Origin: Bacteroidota bacterium
Lineage (GTDB): Bacteria > Bacteroidota > Bacteroidia > J057 > JADKCL01
Assembly (NCBI GenBank): GCA_046050405.1
Contig: JBJOPY010000035.1
Location: 1-60,274 of the forward strand
Direction: 5' to 3'
Length of the DNA stretch: 60,274 nucleotides
Shown here piece by piece: positions 1-10,660 of this stretch. Made by a program: the position numbers and the translations under genes. The notes beneath the pieces were generated by a model. It was not told the DNA's origin and ran no database searches. It worked only from the letters and a program-made list of their open reading frames with translations. Position 1 is the stretch's first letter; each line of letters opens with the position of its first letter.

Positions 1-2
1 AA

Positions 3-95
3 GACCTGACCGAGGAGTTGCCGGATGCTCCGCATGGCGAAGCAGTCTTTGCAAAATTCCCCGTCGTCGGGAAGCTGAAGCGCGAGCATCCATGA
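3..95 (+). CDS. 3' end of an unidentified CDS truncated by the window edge
   Basis: Frame 3 is open from the window edge to TGA at 93-95 (DLTEELPDAPHGEAVFAKFPVVGKLKREHP*). Third codon positions are GC-rich. Too short to identify. Confidence 0.25.
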   Translation, partial: DLTEELPDAPHGEAVFAKFPVVGKLKREHP

Positions 96-243
96 CCGTT
101 GCGAGGGAATCATTTCAACCACTGGCCCCGTATCACCTTCGATGGCGCTCCCATGCCGTTCAGGGCGGTGCAAGTCCCCTCGGTCTGGCGGAGATGGCCG
201 GGGTTCTCGATAATTCCTTAGCTTTCCCGAAATTCTCTTCCCT

Positions 244-912
244 ATGCAGAAACTAGAAGACAGCCTCAAATACCAGACTTGGAGTGCCGACCTCAAGGCC
301 AATGGCATCACGCTGGCAGGGCTCGAGGAACTGAGCACGGTTCGAAAAAAGAATGGGGAGGTTCTCTTCTCCCTCGTGAAAATGGAGGCAAAGGCCCCCG
401 AAGGCAACCCGCTCCTCCCGATTGTCATGCTGCGCGGCAACTTCGTCTCCGTACTCACCTGCCTGGTCGACCGGCACACGCGCGAGGAGTTCCTGCTCCT
501 GGTCTGCCAACGCCGCGTCGCCAACGGTGCCTTGTTTTACGAGCATCCAGCGGGCATGTGCGACGACCAGGCAGACCCTTATGGCGTGGCCCTGGTCGAG
601 GTGAGCGAAGAGACCGGGATGGAAATTCAACGGGAGTGGTTGACGCTTCACAATCCAGAACGGCTCTATTCTTCCCCGGGATTGCTCGACGAGGCGGGGT
701 TCTTCTTCAGCTGCGAGATCGAAATGGACCGATCGGAAATCGACTCCTACCACATGAAGCGCGGCGGGCACTATGGCGAGGGCGAATTCATTCATACCTA
801 CGTCGCTCGGCACGGGGAAGCCAAGCGCCTCATCAAAAATGTCAGCGGACTCCTGGCCATCTACCTCTGGGAGGAGTGGAGGGGGCACACGCGGGACGGG
901 GCAGGCTCATGA
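244..912 (+). CDS. Nudix-like hydrolase (degenerate Nudix box)
   Basis: 222-aa ORF with an ATG start. The segment GMCDDQADPYGVALVEVSEETGM resembles the Nudix box GX5EX7REUXEEXGU but lacks the first Glu and the Arg. Overall layout resembles ADP-ribose pyrophosphatase-type Nudix proteins. Confidence 0.6.
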   Translation: MQKLEDSLKYQTWSADLKANGITLAGLEELSTVRKKNGEVLFSLVKMEAKAPEGNPLLPIVMLRGNFVSVLTCLVDRHTREEFLLLVCQRRVANGALFYEHPAGMCDDQADPYGVALVEVSEETGMEIQREWLTLHNPERLYSSPGLLDEAGFFFSCEIEMDRSEIDSYHMKRGGHYGEGEFIHTYVARHGEAKRLIKNVSGLLAIYLWEEWRGHTRDGAGS

Positions 913-990
913 TGCCCAGGTGGCAGGGTTCCCTGGCGAAACCCCGCCATCCGTGTCTTTGCAGCTCCGGGGCGCGGACGGGCTGGCCAT

Positions 991-2496
991 TCAGAATCTC
1001 AGTTCTGGCAACCTCAGCTTCTCCTCGTTCACGAAGTCGTACAAGGCCGCACGACGCAGGCGGAAGTAGGCCACCCAGTAGGATTGCAGCGCACGTACAT
1101 AGCCCAGCCGGGCATTGTCTTTTTCATTCTGGGCGATTTGGAGGTTTGTGATGTCGATCTTGCCGATCAGATAGCGGTTCTTGGCGACCTCGAAACGGCG
1201 CTGGGCAATGGTGTCGCTCTTCGATGCCAGCACCAACTGCTGCTGCATCTGTAGGAAATCCATCACGGTGAATCGGATGTCTCGTTCCAGCATGCGCTGT
1301 TCGAGCTGGACTTTGGTCTTGACCTGTTCTTTTTGAACCAATGCGGACTGAACCCTCGCCTTTCCCCTTCCCCATTGCAGGATCGGAATCGAAAACCCAA
1401 TGCTCGCCGTTTGCTGTTTGGCGAGGTTTTGATAGGACTCGCCGATGGTGCCATCGCTATTGTTGAGTCCGTAGGCTGCGGTCAGGCTTGCGGTGGGCCG
1501 GGTCCCTGCGCTCGCTTGGGCGACAGCACTTTCAGCCTCCAGACCGCGCGCCTCATAGTCCATGGGGGCGCTCCTGTTCTGGAACGCCTCTGCGATGGCA
1601 AACCCGGGATTCACGTCGATGAGCCTCAATGCTTCCGGATGCTCCACGACGATGCCCTCCGCGTTTTCGATGCCCAGGGCGATGGCAAGCTCCAATCTGG
1701 CCTTCTGGATGCTCACCTCGGCTTGCTGCACCTGTACCTTGGCGTTCAAAAAGGCAAGTTCTGTCTGGAGAAGGTCGTTCTCAGCGATCTTCCCCACCTT
1801 GTAGCGGCCTTCGGAGATGTTATGGATGCTGTCCGTGATGCTCAGGTTGAACTGGGCGTTTTCCAGGCTCATCTGCGAGATGTACACCTCGAAGTATTTG
1901 TCGGCGATGTCCACTGCCGCATCTTCCAGCGCCTCCAGATATCGCCGTTCCGCGACCTCGTACTGCACGGGCCTGATCTTCTGCTGCCACCGCAAGGGAT
2001 TGAAATCAAATATCGGCTGACTGAATCCGACCAGTAGCGGCGTGGCTTGGTAGAAACGGTACCCATTGGTGCCAAAGACATCCAACCGCGTGAGCCCTGA
2101 ACTCAGATAGATGCTGCCACCCGTGGGTGCAATTTGCTGGGAAAGGGTGACGTTCGCGGATGAGAATGCGCGGTTCTGCTGCCGGAAGGCAATCGTCCCG
2201 TCGGGTTGTATGATTTGTCCGATGGTTCTTATCAGTCCGGGTGCATTGACGTCTGCGCGCAACTGTGGCAGCAATCCGGTGCGAAAGGCCTGATAGTCCC
2301 AGTGTGCACTCGCCAAGTTTTGGCCTGCGATCTTGGCTGCGGGGCTGCGGGTTTGGCCCGCGTGAATCGCCTCGGCAAGTGTCAGCGGATGGGTCTGCTG
2401 CGCAGGGAGGCGTCCCGGAGCAATTGCAGCAAGGCAGCAGCACAATAGCAGCGCCGCGACCCGCGACCGATAGGATGCCGTTCCGTGCAAAAACAT
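991..2496 (-). CDS. TolC-family outer membrane efflux protein
   Basis: The ORF is open to 2565. The ATG at 2496 gives a signal peptide (MFLHGTASYRSRVAALLLCCCLAAIAPGRLPAQQ). The sequence has the internally duplicated helical/beta character of TolC/OprM proteins. It lies directly downstream of the MFP and permease genes. Confidence 0.8.
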   Translation of the reverse strand: MFLHGTASYRSRVAALLLCCCLAAIAPGRLPAQQTHPLTLAEAIHAGQTRSPAAKIAGQNLASAHWDYQAFRTGLLPQLRADVNAPGLIRTIGQIIQPDGTIAFRQQNRAFSSANVTLSQQIAPTGGSIYLSSGLTRLDVFGTNGYRFYQATPLLVGFSQPIFDFNPLRWQQKIRPVQYEVAERRYLEALEDAAVDIADKYFEVYISQMSLENAQFNLSITDSIHNISEGRYKVGKIAENDLLQTELAFLNAKVQVQQAEVSIQKARLELAIALGIENAEGIVVEHPEALRLIDVNPGFAIAEAFQNRSAPMDYEARGLEAESAVAQASAGTRPTASLTAAYGLNNSDGTIGESYQNLAKQQTASIGFSIPILQWGRGKARVQSALVQKEQVKTKVQLEQRMLERDIRFTVMDFLQMQQQLVLASKSDTIAQRRFEVAKNRYLIGKIDITNLQIAQNEKDNARLGYVRALQSYWVAYFRLRRAALYDFVNEEKLRLPELRF

Positions 2497-2579
2497 TCGC
2501 CGGCGAATGGAATCCGCCGTTCCATGGCCAGGCATGGGCTTCAAATACTGAAAGTGTGGATGCATTGTTTTTCCGGGAT

Positions 2580-3932
2580 TTATTCACTGCGGAGGGAAAT
2601 GACGGGATCTTGCTTCGCCGCCTTGAGGGCAGGGAAAAAACCGAAGAACACGCCGACCGAGAATGCCACCAGAAAGGCGAGGATGACCGGGAACCAGGAC
2701 AGCAGTGTAGGGACGTCAAAAAGCTCCCGGATCGCGATGCTGAGCCCGATACCGAATCCCACTCCTGCCAATCCCCCGATGATGCTCAAGGTCACCGACT
2801 CACTCAGGAACTGCAGCACGATGTCCCGCCGCATGGCACCCAGGGCCAAGCGTACACCGATCTCCTTGATCCGTTCCATCACGGACGCAAACATGATGTT
2901 CATGATCCCGATGCCCCCGATTAGCAGCGATATCGCCGCGATGGAGATCAGCACCAGGTTGAACATATCGGTCGTTTGCTGCTTCTGCTCCAGCAACTCC
3001 TCGGGAATCTTGACCTTCGTGTCGATCACCCCGTTGTGCCGGCGTTCCAGCATCCTCCGAATGATCTCTGCGACCTTCACCATGTCATATCCCTTGGCCA
3101 CTGCCACTGTCATGCGGTCAACTTGATGATAGTTGTCGGATTCGGGCGATGGGGCCATGCCCTCATCTTCCCCGTTCCTCATCGAGGGCATCTGTGCCTG
3201 CTGGAGGTCGACGGGTGAAATGCGGTTGCGGTTCCGATATCGCAGCAGCACCGTCTCGATGGGCGCGTAAATGTCAAGATCGTAGTCCCTTACACCCAAG
3301 TCCATGAGATTTGCCTTTGAAAACTTGCGCTCAGCTGCGACACCCACGACCGTCAACCAATTCTTCCCAACCTTGATTTTCTTGCCGATCGGACTCTCCT
3401 GCGCGAAAAATTTGCTTTTGACCCCGGCCCCGATCACGCATACCGTGGCGGCATTCTTAGCCTGGGCGGGAGAGAACCCGGACTCGCCGTGGTCCATTTT
3501 GAAGGATACATGCTGAAAAAACACATTCGTCACTCCCACCAGTTTTCCGCTTCGCTTGCGCCCGCTTCTCATAAATGTCGTTTCCAGCACGATTTCGGGG
3601 CTGACTTTCACCACGGGGGGAATGATCTCCTCGAAACTCTCCGCGTCTGCGACCGTCAACCCTGGCGAGAACTTCTGCGTTGTATTTTCCTTGCCCGTTT
3701 CCTCAGTCACCTCCTCCTCCTTTTGCTGTGAGATTGGCTCGATGATCAGGTTGTTGGCACCCAGGATGTTCATTTGCTCCAGAATCTTCTCCTGCGCCCC
3801 CTGACCGATGGCCATCATCGCGATCACCGCGCCCACCCCGAAAATGATGCCCAGCGAAGTCAGGAAACTCCTCAGCGGCCGCTGGGCAAGCGATTCCAAT
3901 GCCATTTGAAGGTTGTATGTAAGTTTCTGCAT
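2580..3932 (-). CDS. ABC transporter permease, MacB/FtsX-like
   Basis: 450 aa. It has an N-terminal TM helix, a large periplasmic domain and a C-terminal FtsX-type 3-TM bundle (..GGIGIMNIMFASVMERIKEIGVRLALGA..), which is typical MacB-family permease architecture. Confidence 0.85.
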   Translation of the reverse strand: MQKLTYNLQMALESLAQRPLRSFLTSLGIIFGVGAVIAMMAIGQGAQEKILEQMNILGANNLIIEPISQQKEEEVTEETGKENTTQKFSPGLTVADAESFEEIIPPVVKVSPEIVLETTFMRSGRKRSGKLVGVTNVFFQHVSFKMDHGESGFSPAQAKNAATVCVIGAGVKSKFFAQESPIGKKIKVGKNWLTVVGVAAERKFSKANLMDLGVRDYDLDIYAPIETVLLRYRNRNRISPVDLQQAQMPSMRNGEDEGMAPSPESDNYHQVDRMTVAVAKGYDMVKVAEIIRRMLERRHNGVIDTKVKIPEELLEQKQQTTDMFNLVLISIAAISLLIGGIGIMNIMFASVMERIKEIGVRLALGAMRRDIVLQFLSESVTLSIIGGLAGVGFGIGLSIAIRELFDVPTLLSWFPVILAFLVAFSVGVFFGFFPALKAAKQDPVISLRSE

Positions 3933-3942
3933 CAGAGAGGGC

Positions 3943-5214
3943 TCATTGCAAGCGTTTCATTTCCAGCTCATCCGCATCATCGGGCTTGGAGAGGAAAAGT
4001 TCATCCTCCATTTCCACGCCCTTTTCCACAATGACGTAGTTTTCATTTTCCGCGCCGAGCTTCACCTCCTGGCGAATCGTCGATCCGCCTTTTCGCTTGA
4101 AGACATAGGCGATCGAGTCATCCAGTACATGGACGCATTCCAGCGGGATGAAGCGGGCATTCTCAAGGGTGGAAATGATGATTTCATTGCTGGTCGTCAT
4201 CGCAGGTCGCAGCGTACTGTCCCTCTCGTGGATCTTGATCTTCACCTCGAACACCTTGGAATCCGAATTGGGTCGCTGCTCCCCCACATTTGCGACTGAC
4301 GTCACCTCCCCAGTGAGACGCTTGTCCGGATTGGCATCCAGACTGACGCGCACCGATTGTCCGGCCTTGACTTTCTGGATGTCCACCTCATTCACATAGG
4401 TGACCGATTGCATCTTGGTCAAATCCGGAAGCGTCGCCACCGTCGGGTCCCAAGGGCTCACCGTGGACCCCACCACCCGCTTCTTGCCGTCCCATTCGCG
4501 GGCGTAGATCAACATCCCCGGCTCCGGTGCAAGGATCGTGAACTGCGACAGGATCTCCTGGTCCTCTTGAAACCTCTGCTGCTCCTTGAAGAGGTCGGCT
4601 TCTGCTTCGCGCATCTTGGCTGTGGCCTGCTTCACCTTTGTTTCGTAGTTGGCCATGCTCTGGTTGTAGTTGCGCACAGCCTTCTCATACTCGATTTCTG
4701 CCTGCCTCCGGGTGGAGGGCGATTCGTACGTGCTTTCGTCCTTTTCCAGCCTCCTTTGCTCTTTGGCATACCGCAGATTGACCAGTTCGTCACGCGTCTG
4801 CGACAGTGTCAAGGTACAATCGAGTTTTGCCTGCGTCACCATGGACTGGAATTTCTGAAGGTTGATTTCCACCTCCCTGAGCTTGGCAACAATCTCAGAC
4901 TTGTCGAGTTCGGCGACCACATCCCCGGGAGCCACCACTGTGCCTTCAGGGGCAAGCCGTGTGATCTTCAGCTGGAAAATCCCGGCTTTTCGCGCGCCTG
5001 AGGGACCGAGAATGTCGACCGAGTTCTGTGCCTGCAATTCACCGGTCGTCGTGACCACCACCTCAAACTTTCCCTCCTGCGGTCTTTGGAGAACCTCTGC
5101 GGACTTGTCCCCGCCACAGCCCGTCAACACCATGAAAGCCAAGGGAATGATCGTCCGTCCAACCATATTGATTCTCACGCGAGTAGCCATGCCGGTATAG
5201 GTTGATTTTTGCAA
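3943..5214 (-). CDS. Efflux transporter periplasmic adaptor (HlyD/MFP family), probable lipoprotein
   Basis: 423 aa. It has the lipobox-like sequence FMVLTGCGG, long coiled-coil hairpin segments, and barrel-sandwich plus beta-barrel segments typical of membrane fusion proteins. Confidence 0.85.
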   Translation of the reverse strand: MQKSTYTGMATRVRINMVGRTIIPLAFMVLTGCGGDKSAEVLQRPQEGKFEVVVTTTGELQAQNSVDILGPSGARKAGIFQLKITRLAPEGTVVAPGDVVAELDKSEIVAKLREVEINLQKFQSMVTQAKLDCTLTLSQTRDELVNLRYAKEQRRLEKDESTYESPSTRRQAEIEYEKAVRNYNQSMANYETKVKQATAKMREAEADLFKEQQRFQEDQEILSQFTILAPEPGMLIYAREWDGKKRVVGSTVSPWDPTVATLPDLTKMQSVTYVNEVDIQKVKAGQSVRVSLDANPDKRLTGEVTSVANVGEQRPNSDSKVFEVKIKIHERDSTLRPAMTTSNEIIISTLENARFIPLECVHVLDDSIAYVFKRKGGSTIRQEVKLGAENENYVIVEKGVEMEDELFLSKPDDADELEMKRLQ

Positions 5215-5453
5215 CGCTACGAAATTACTAAGGTATTCTTAGCTTTTCAATGACAGGACCGAGCTCCGTGGGAGGAGGGTTTGAGAGCGGAAGGTGCGAT
5301 CAGGTTGGAGCTTTTCAAGACTGGCTCCACCCCTAATCCGGAAAAGCATCGGCTCCTGACCCTTGCACAAGCCTGGAATTGCCTCCGAATCAAGAAATGT
5401 GACAAGAAGATCCCGCCTCAGCCCCCAAGATTCACAACTCTGAAATCCGCGCC

Positions 5454-6368
5454 TTATTGGCGAGGCAGAAAGATCTCCCCCAGCATGCACCTGATGCTAC
5501 CGCCACCCACATTCTCGATCGTCGGGATGGGGAAATGCACCACCTTCGCCCATAGCTCGATGAGATCCAGCTGGCTGTCGCTCAGCGACCTGTAGGCACG
5601 GCTGCTCATGGCCACAAACCGTTCCCTGCCACTGATCTCCAAGACATTCCCTGCGAACTCCTTCAACTGCTCCGGGCGCAGCTTCACGATACGGTGACCT
5701 CCTCCGCCAAGATATGCCATGACGCGCTCCCGCTCGACAGGATCGGGAATGGTGTAATCTGCCAGTACCACATAGTTCGTCCCGATGGAGAGCATCACGT
5801 TCGTATGGTAGATGGGCTTGCCGCTGGAATCCACGGCGTCGAAGACCACCGTACGGTAATTCAAGGTCTTGGCGACCTCCTTCAGAACGGTCTCGTTCGT
5901 TCTGGGCGAACGGCAGGCATATACGACACCATTGGTCCTGTCGAAAACCATCGATCCGGTGCCCTCAAGGTAGCGTCCTGTGTTCTCATGACGGCTTAAG
6001 TCCACCACCCGCCGGATTTCAAAGTACTTCTCGAGATCGTCAAGTACGTCCTGGCGCCTTTCCAGCCGGCGATTCTGAGCCATCATGGGGTAGAGGATCA
6101 CCGTCCCGTCCTCATGTGTCGAAATCCAGTTGTTGGGGAAAATGGCATCCGGACGCACAGGGGAGGGCTTGTCATCCACGACATACAGGTTCACCCCGTT
6201 TGCACGCATCTCTGTCGCGACATTGTCGAACTCCTGCAACGCCCGGGATTGAAGGTCTTCTGCCGCGATGTCGCCCGGATTGTTCTGGAAAGCGTTGTTG
6301 GACGCAGTCTCGGGGTCGTACCCGAAGGCTGCGGGGCGCACCATCAAGATGGAATTCGTTGATTGCAT
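5454..6368 (-). CDS. Amidinotransferase-fold protein (arginine deiminase-related / citrulline utilization hydrolase CtlX-like)
   Basis: The ORF is open to 6527, but the ATG at 6368 (MQSTNSILMVRPAAFGYDPETASNNAFQ) matches the usual N-terminus of this family. The C-terminal GGGSIRCM carries the catalytic Cys motif of guanidino-group-modifying enzymes. Confidence 0.75.
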   Translation of the reverse strand: MQSTNSILMVRPAAFGYDPETASNNAFQNNPGDIAAEDLQSRALQEFDNVATEMRANGVNLYVVDDKPSPVRPDAIFPNNWISTHEDGTVILYPMMAQNRRLERRQDVLDDLEKYFEIRRVVDLSRHENTGRYLEGTGSMVFDRTNGVVYACRSPRTNETVLKEVAKTLNYRTVVFDAVDSSGKPIYHTNVMLSIGTNYVVLADYTIPDPVERERVMAYLGGGGHRIVKLRPEQLKEFAGNVLEISGRERFVAMSSRAYRSLSDSQLDLIELWAKVVHFPIPTIENVGGGSIRCMLGEIFLPRQ

Positions 6369-6594
6369 TTTCAGTGGATTTCGAGCGGCAAATATAGCCA
6401 TGAATTGGGAACTGGGGATCAATTGCCAATCCGGCACTCTTCCAAACATCCGGATCTGAGCATCCAACCTCAAACTATCGCGCAACACGTCTTGGAACCG
6501 GAACCCGTAAACAAACGCCCGGCACACTGGATCCGCGGTTCATGGATGGTCGCACATGTCTTCAGTTCTTCAGTCGCCCATCTTCCGTAATCCG

Positions 6595-8358
6595 TCACAT
6601 CCTCGCAGGCACTTCGATCCCCAGCAACCCCAATCCCTCGCGAATCACTTCGGCAACCATCCTTGTGAGGTGCATCTTGGTGTTTTTGGCGACAGGGTCG
6701 GCAATGTCGCGGATGATCGACGTATTGTTCCAATTGTTGTACACCTTGGCGATGTCATAGAGATAGCTTGTGAGCACATTGGGGCGGTACTGCTGCGTGG
6801 CGATGAGTACCTGGTCGTTGAACTGCCCCGCCTTGACGAGAAGCTCGAGTTCCCTGGGATCCTCCAGCCTTGAAGGGTCAAGGGGGCCGTCCGGATCATA
6901 GCCCTGCTTTTTCAGCAAGCTTTGGATCCGTGCGTAGGTGTACTGCTGATAAGGGCCGCTGTCCCCTTGGATTTCGGTCCATTCGTCCATGTCGAAGGTG
7001 ATCTTTTTCCCGGGGTCGATGCGCACCATCCCATATTTGATTGCCCCCCTTGAGACGACCGTTGCAATCTCGTGTCCCTCCGGGGCATCCATCACCCCTC
7101 CATTCACCTGACCCGCAAGGTGCTTGGTGTACACGACCGCCTCCATCTGATGAATCAAGTCGAAGAGCGGCACGGCGTTCCCCAGCCGCGAGGAGAACAT
7201 GCCTTCCTTTCCTTCCACATACTCGTAATGGAGGTGGTGGCAATTGTCGGCCTGCTTCCAGCCCATCCTCTTCAGCACTGCAAACACCTGGCGGAAATGA
7301 TGCGCCTGCCGCACATCGACGACATAGATGCTGCTCTCTATGCCGTTCTCCTCGAACTTCCTCCGCGCAAGCTCCACATCCTTTGTCAGGTAGAGGCCTG
7401 TCCCGTCACTCTTGATGAACATTGCAAAGCCCAGATTCGGATCCACATCGGTCAGATCCATCCCGATCGCCCCCTTGCTTTCTGTCAGGACGCCCTTGGC
7501 CATCATTTCCCGTGCATAGGCCATCGAAGGAGCATCCACGTCCGATTCCCAATACCAGGCATCAAACTTGACGTTTGCCCAGCGATAGACCTCTTCCATC
7601 AAGGCGATGCTCCATGAACGCGTTTCTCTCCATAGATCATGGTATTCGCCTTTTCCGGCTTCCAGCTGGTGCAGGATTTCGGTCATCCTGGCCCTCGCCT
7701 CCTCGCCATCGGGTGTACCCTCGATCCTGTGAATCAGGCCGTTGGCTTCCACATACATCCTCCCCAGCCAGGTTCCTTTGTCCTCCGCCGGGGCAGGCTC
7801 CCTGTTCACAAATTTCATGTACCATAGGCACTTCGCCACGTGCGTCCCGACATCCCCCGGAAACGTCGCCGCCACGATGTCGTAGCCCGCATACCGATGC
7901 ATACGGATCAAGGCATCCCCGAGTGCCAGGTTCCGCATATGTCCCACGTGCATCTCCTTGTGTGTGTTCGGCTGCGAATATTCGATCATTGTCCTCGGTG
8001 TCGATTTCGTGAGGGGTCTCTTGAAAAATCCACCATTCAAGATCGGCTGCATCACTTCCTCGGTCCATCTCTCCGTCCGGAGCACGAAGTTCAGGTACGG
8101 CCCAGACGGTGTAACACGGTGAACCAGATCGTTTGCAGGCAATGCGGCGGCAAGTTCCGCTGCCAGTTTTGCAGGTGCACTTCGCAGGCTCCTCGCAAAT
8201 GTAAACAACGGGAATGCCATCTGGCCCATCTCAATGCTGGGGGCCGGACTCAGCAGCCCATACAGGCTCTCGACCGACTCTTCGGCCCCAAGGGCCTTCA
8301 AGCCTGTCTGCAAAAGGCCTGCAAGGTCTCTTTTGATGTTTTCGTGAAGCAGATTCAT
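6595..8358 (-). CDS. argS: Arginine--tRNA ligase
   Basis: 587 aa. It has the class I HIGH-type motif HVGHMRN and an anticodon-binding C-terminal domain ending in Met (..VPARM), as ArgRS proteins do. Confidence 0.95.
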   Translation of the reverse strand: MNLLHENIKRDLAGLLQTGLKALGAEESVESLYGLLSPAPSIEMGQMAFPLFTFARSLRSAPAKLAAELAAALPANDLVHRVTPSGPYLNFVLRTERWTEEVMQPILNGGFFKRPLTKSTPRTMIEYSQPNTHKEMHVGHMRNLALGDALIRMHRYAGYDIVAATFPGDVGTHVAKCLWYMKFVNREPAPAEDKGTWLGRMYVEANGLIHRIEGTPDGEEARARMTEILHQLEAGKGEYHDLWRETRSWSIALMEEVYRWANVKFDAWYWESDVDAPSMAYAREMMAKGVLTESKGAIGMDLTDVDPNLGFAMFIKSDGTGLYLTKDVELARRKFEENGIESSIYVVDVRQAHHFRQVFAVLKRMGWKQADNCHHLHYEYVEGKEGMFSSRLGNAVPLFDLIHQMEAVVYTKHLAGQVNGGVMDAPEGHEIATVVSRGAIKYGMVRIDPGKKITFDMDEWTEIQGDSGPYQQYTYARIQSLLKKQGYDPDGPLDPSRLEDPRELELLVKAGQFNDQVLIATQQYRPNVLTSYLYDIAKVYNNWNNTSIIRDIADPVAKNTKMHLTRMVAEVIREGLGLLGIEVPARM

Positions 8359-8613
8359 GGTTCAATCTTGAAGGTGAATGCGCCCCTGGCGTTGCAGCAT
8401 CCACACCATTACAAATCTAGCGCTTTTTGAAAGCGACCTGTCCGTTTTGCATCCCAGGGTCGGTAACCGGTACGGGGATTGCCACCCTTTCTGGGGCATG
8501 CTCGTATCGAATCCTCCTCCATGTAGGCTGTGCAACCCTCTCTAAACAGCCTGAGAACCCACCCTAAGGTCACACTCACCCCCCGCAGCCGTCAGCCTTG
8601 GGCTTACACGGCT

Positions 8614-9123
8614 TCATTTGTACCATCCCGAATACTTCAGATATGCCTTCGCACTCCGCTTCAACCCCTGCAACTGCTCCGGACTCAGCGGCTTGATCTG
8701 CCGGGCAGGAATGCCACCATACAGATACCCGGATTCCAAGACGGAACCCTCCAGGACAACAGCCCCTGCGGCCACGATCACATCCGGCCCCACGACAGCC
8801 TTGTCCAGGACGACAGCATTCATCCCGATCAGGCAGCGGTTCTTGATTTCACAGCCGTGGATCACTGCCCCGTGGCCGATGGTGACATCGTGGCCGATGA
8901 TCGTGGGGCTGTATTCATAGGTGGCATGAACCATCACCAGATCCTGGATGTTCGTGCGATGGCCGATGCGGATTCTGTGGACATCGCCGCGGATGACCAC
9001 CCCATACCAGACGCTGCTCTGGTCTCCGATCTCGACATCGCCGATGATGACTGCGTTTTCGGCGAGGAAGGCGAGGTCTCCGAGCTTGGGGGTATGTCCG
9101 TTGAGGGTCTTGATGATGGGCAT
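8614..9123 (-). CDS. Gamma carbonic anhydrase family protein (left-handed beta-helix, YrdA/PaaY-like)
   Basis: Hexapeptide repeats run throughout the protein. The ATG at 9123 (MPIIKTLNGHTPKLGDLAFLAENAVIIGDV) fits the family N-terminus. The longer ORF to 9144 starts with TTG. Confidence 0.85.
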   Translation of the reverse strand: MPIIKTLNGHTPKLGDLAFLAENAVIIGDVEIGDQSSVWYGVVIRGDVHRIRIGHRTNIQDLVMVHATYEYSPTIIGHDVTIGHGAVIHGCEIKNRCLIGMNAVVLDKAVVGPDVIVAAGAVVLEGSVLESGYLYGGIPARQIKPLSPEQLQGLKRSAKAYLKYSGWYK

Positions 9124-9373
9124 GGAAACAGGGATTTGCGGCAAAAGTAGCTATTGATCAGGGAATCCGCAAAGCACCTTTCCCGATTGCCCCTGCTTCT
9201 CCATCAGCCATCCGGGCCAGACGCTGATGGCAGCTACCTGACCGATACCCCCTCCGCTCATTCCAAAATCATAGGCTTTCTGGCCAACTCCGCCCAAACT
9301 GCCTTCCGAGGCTCTTCGTCAATGATCGATCCCTCCCGTCGTCTTCTCAGTACGTGAAGAGACCTTCCGGATG

Positions 9374-10660
9374 CTAGTCTTTCACATACACTATGAATCG
9401 GTTTCTCTTTCCAAGGTTGACCAATACAAGCTGCTCATGGATCAAGTCATCCATGGCGATGATGCGTCCCTCGTCGGCGGTTCCGATGGTATTGATCGCG
9501 ACACAACGGTCAGCGACGAGCTTTCGCCTTGCATCTCCCTTGCTGGTGCAGGCTCCAGTTTCAGCCAGGAATTCAATGATCGGCACTCCGTTCCGTATGG
9601 CAGAAAGTGAAATGTAGCCGTGGTCTACACCTTGAAAAATGCGCTGAATCGTACCGAGGTCCAGTGACTTCAGATCTTCCAATCCGCCCTTGCCATGCAG
9701 AAGGGCTGAGGCCTTCTGGGCCGTGGCGAGCTGTTCACGGCCATGTATGCGCTCGGTCATTTCCTCGGCAAGTGCATACTGCAGCACTTTCGTCCGAATG
9801 GGCATGGCATCGATCAGGGATTGTATCTCGGCGATCGGACGCAAGCTGAAGATCTTCGCCAGCTTGATGATGTCATCGTCAGTGCTGTTAATCCAGAATT
9901 GATAGAACTCGTAGGGTGAGGTCAATTCCGCATCCAGGTAGATGTTTCCCTTTTCGGATTTCCCAAACTTGCTTCCGTCTGACTTGGTGATCAACGGGCA
10001 TGTAAACGCGTACACCTCCTCCTGGTGGCCGCGTATTTTCCGGATCAGTTCCATGCCGGCGGTGATGTTCCCAAACTGGTCGGATCCTCCGAACTGCAGG
10101 TGGCAATCCTCATGCTCCAGGAGGTGCAGAAAATCATAGCCTTGGATGAGCTGGTAGCTGAACTCGGTAAAAGAAATGCCCGACCCTGAGTCGATGCGGT
10201 TCTTGACGGAATCCTTGGACAGCATGTAGTTGACAGTGAGATGCTTGCCGACATCCCTCAAGAAATTCAAGAAACTGTAGTCCCTGAACCAGTCATAGTT
10301 GTCAACAATTCGGGCAGGGTTCTCCTTGGAATCAAAATCAAGGAATCGGCCGAGCTGCTCCCGTAATTTGCGGGCATTGAATTCCAGCACTTCCTCACTG
10401 AGCATGTTCCGCTCGTCGCTTTTTCCCGAGGGATCCCCGATACGTCCGGTAGCCCCACCCACCAATGCGATCGGATGATGGCCATGCCTCTGAAAATGCA
10501 GCAGCAGCATGATCGGCACGAGATTTCCGATCCCAAGGGAGGACGCCGTGGGGTCAAATCCCACATAGCCATGGACCTTTTGACGCTGGAGGTATTCCTC
10601 GGTGCCGGGAGTGATGTCTTGTATCATCCCCCTCCACCTCAACTCTTCTATCAATTGCAT
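9374..10660 (-). CDS. tyrS: Tyrosine--tRNA ligase
   Basis: It has the KMSKS-type motif KFGKSE and a C-terminal S4-like domain. The ATG at 10660 (MQLIEELRWRGMIQDIT) is a typical TyrRS start. The ORF extension to 10681 uses TTG. Confidence 0.95.
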   Translation of the reverse strand: MQLIEELRWRGMIQDITPGTEEYLQRQKVHGYVGFDPTASSLGIGNLVPIMLLLHFQRHGHHPIALVGGATGRIGDPSGKSDERNMLSEEVLEFNARKLREQLGRFLDFDSKENPARIVDNYDWFRDYSFLNFLRDVGKHLTVNYMLSKDSVKNRIDSGSGISFTEFSYQLIQGYDFLHLLEHEDCHLQFGGSDQFGNITAGMELIRKIRGHQEEVYAFTCPLITKSDGSKFGKSEKGNIYLDAELTSPYEFYQFWINSTDDDIIKLAKIFSLRPIAEIQSLIDAMPIRTKVLQYALAEEMTERIHGREQLATAQKASALLHGKGGLEDLKSLDLGTIQRIFQGVDHGYISLSAIRNGVPIIEFLAETGACTSKGDARRKLVADRCVAINTIGTADEGRIIAMDDLIHEQLVLVNLGKRNRFIVYVKD

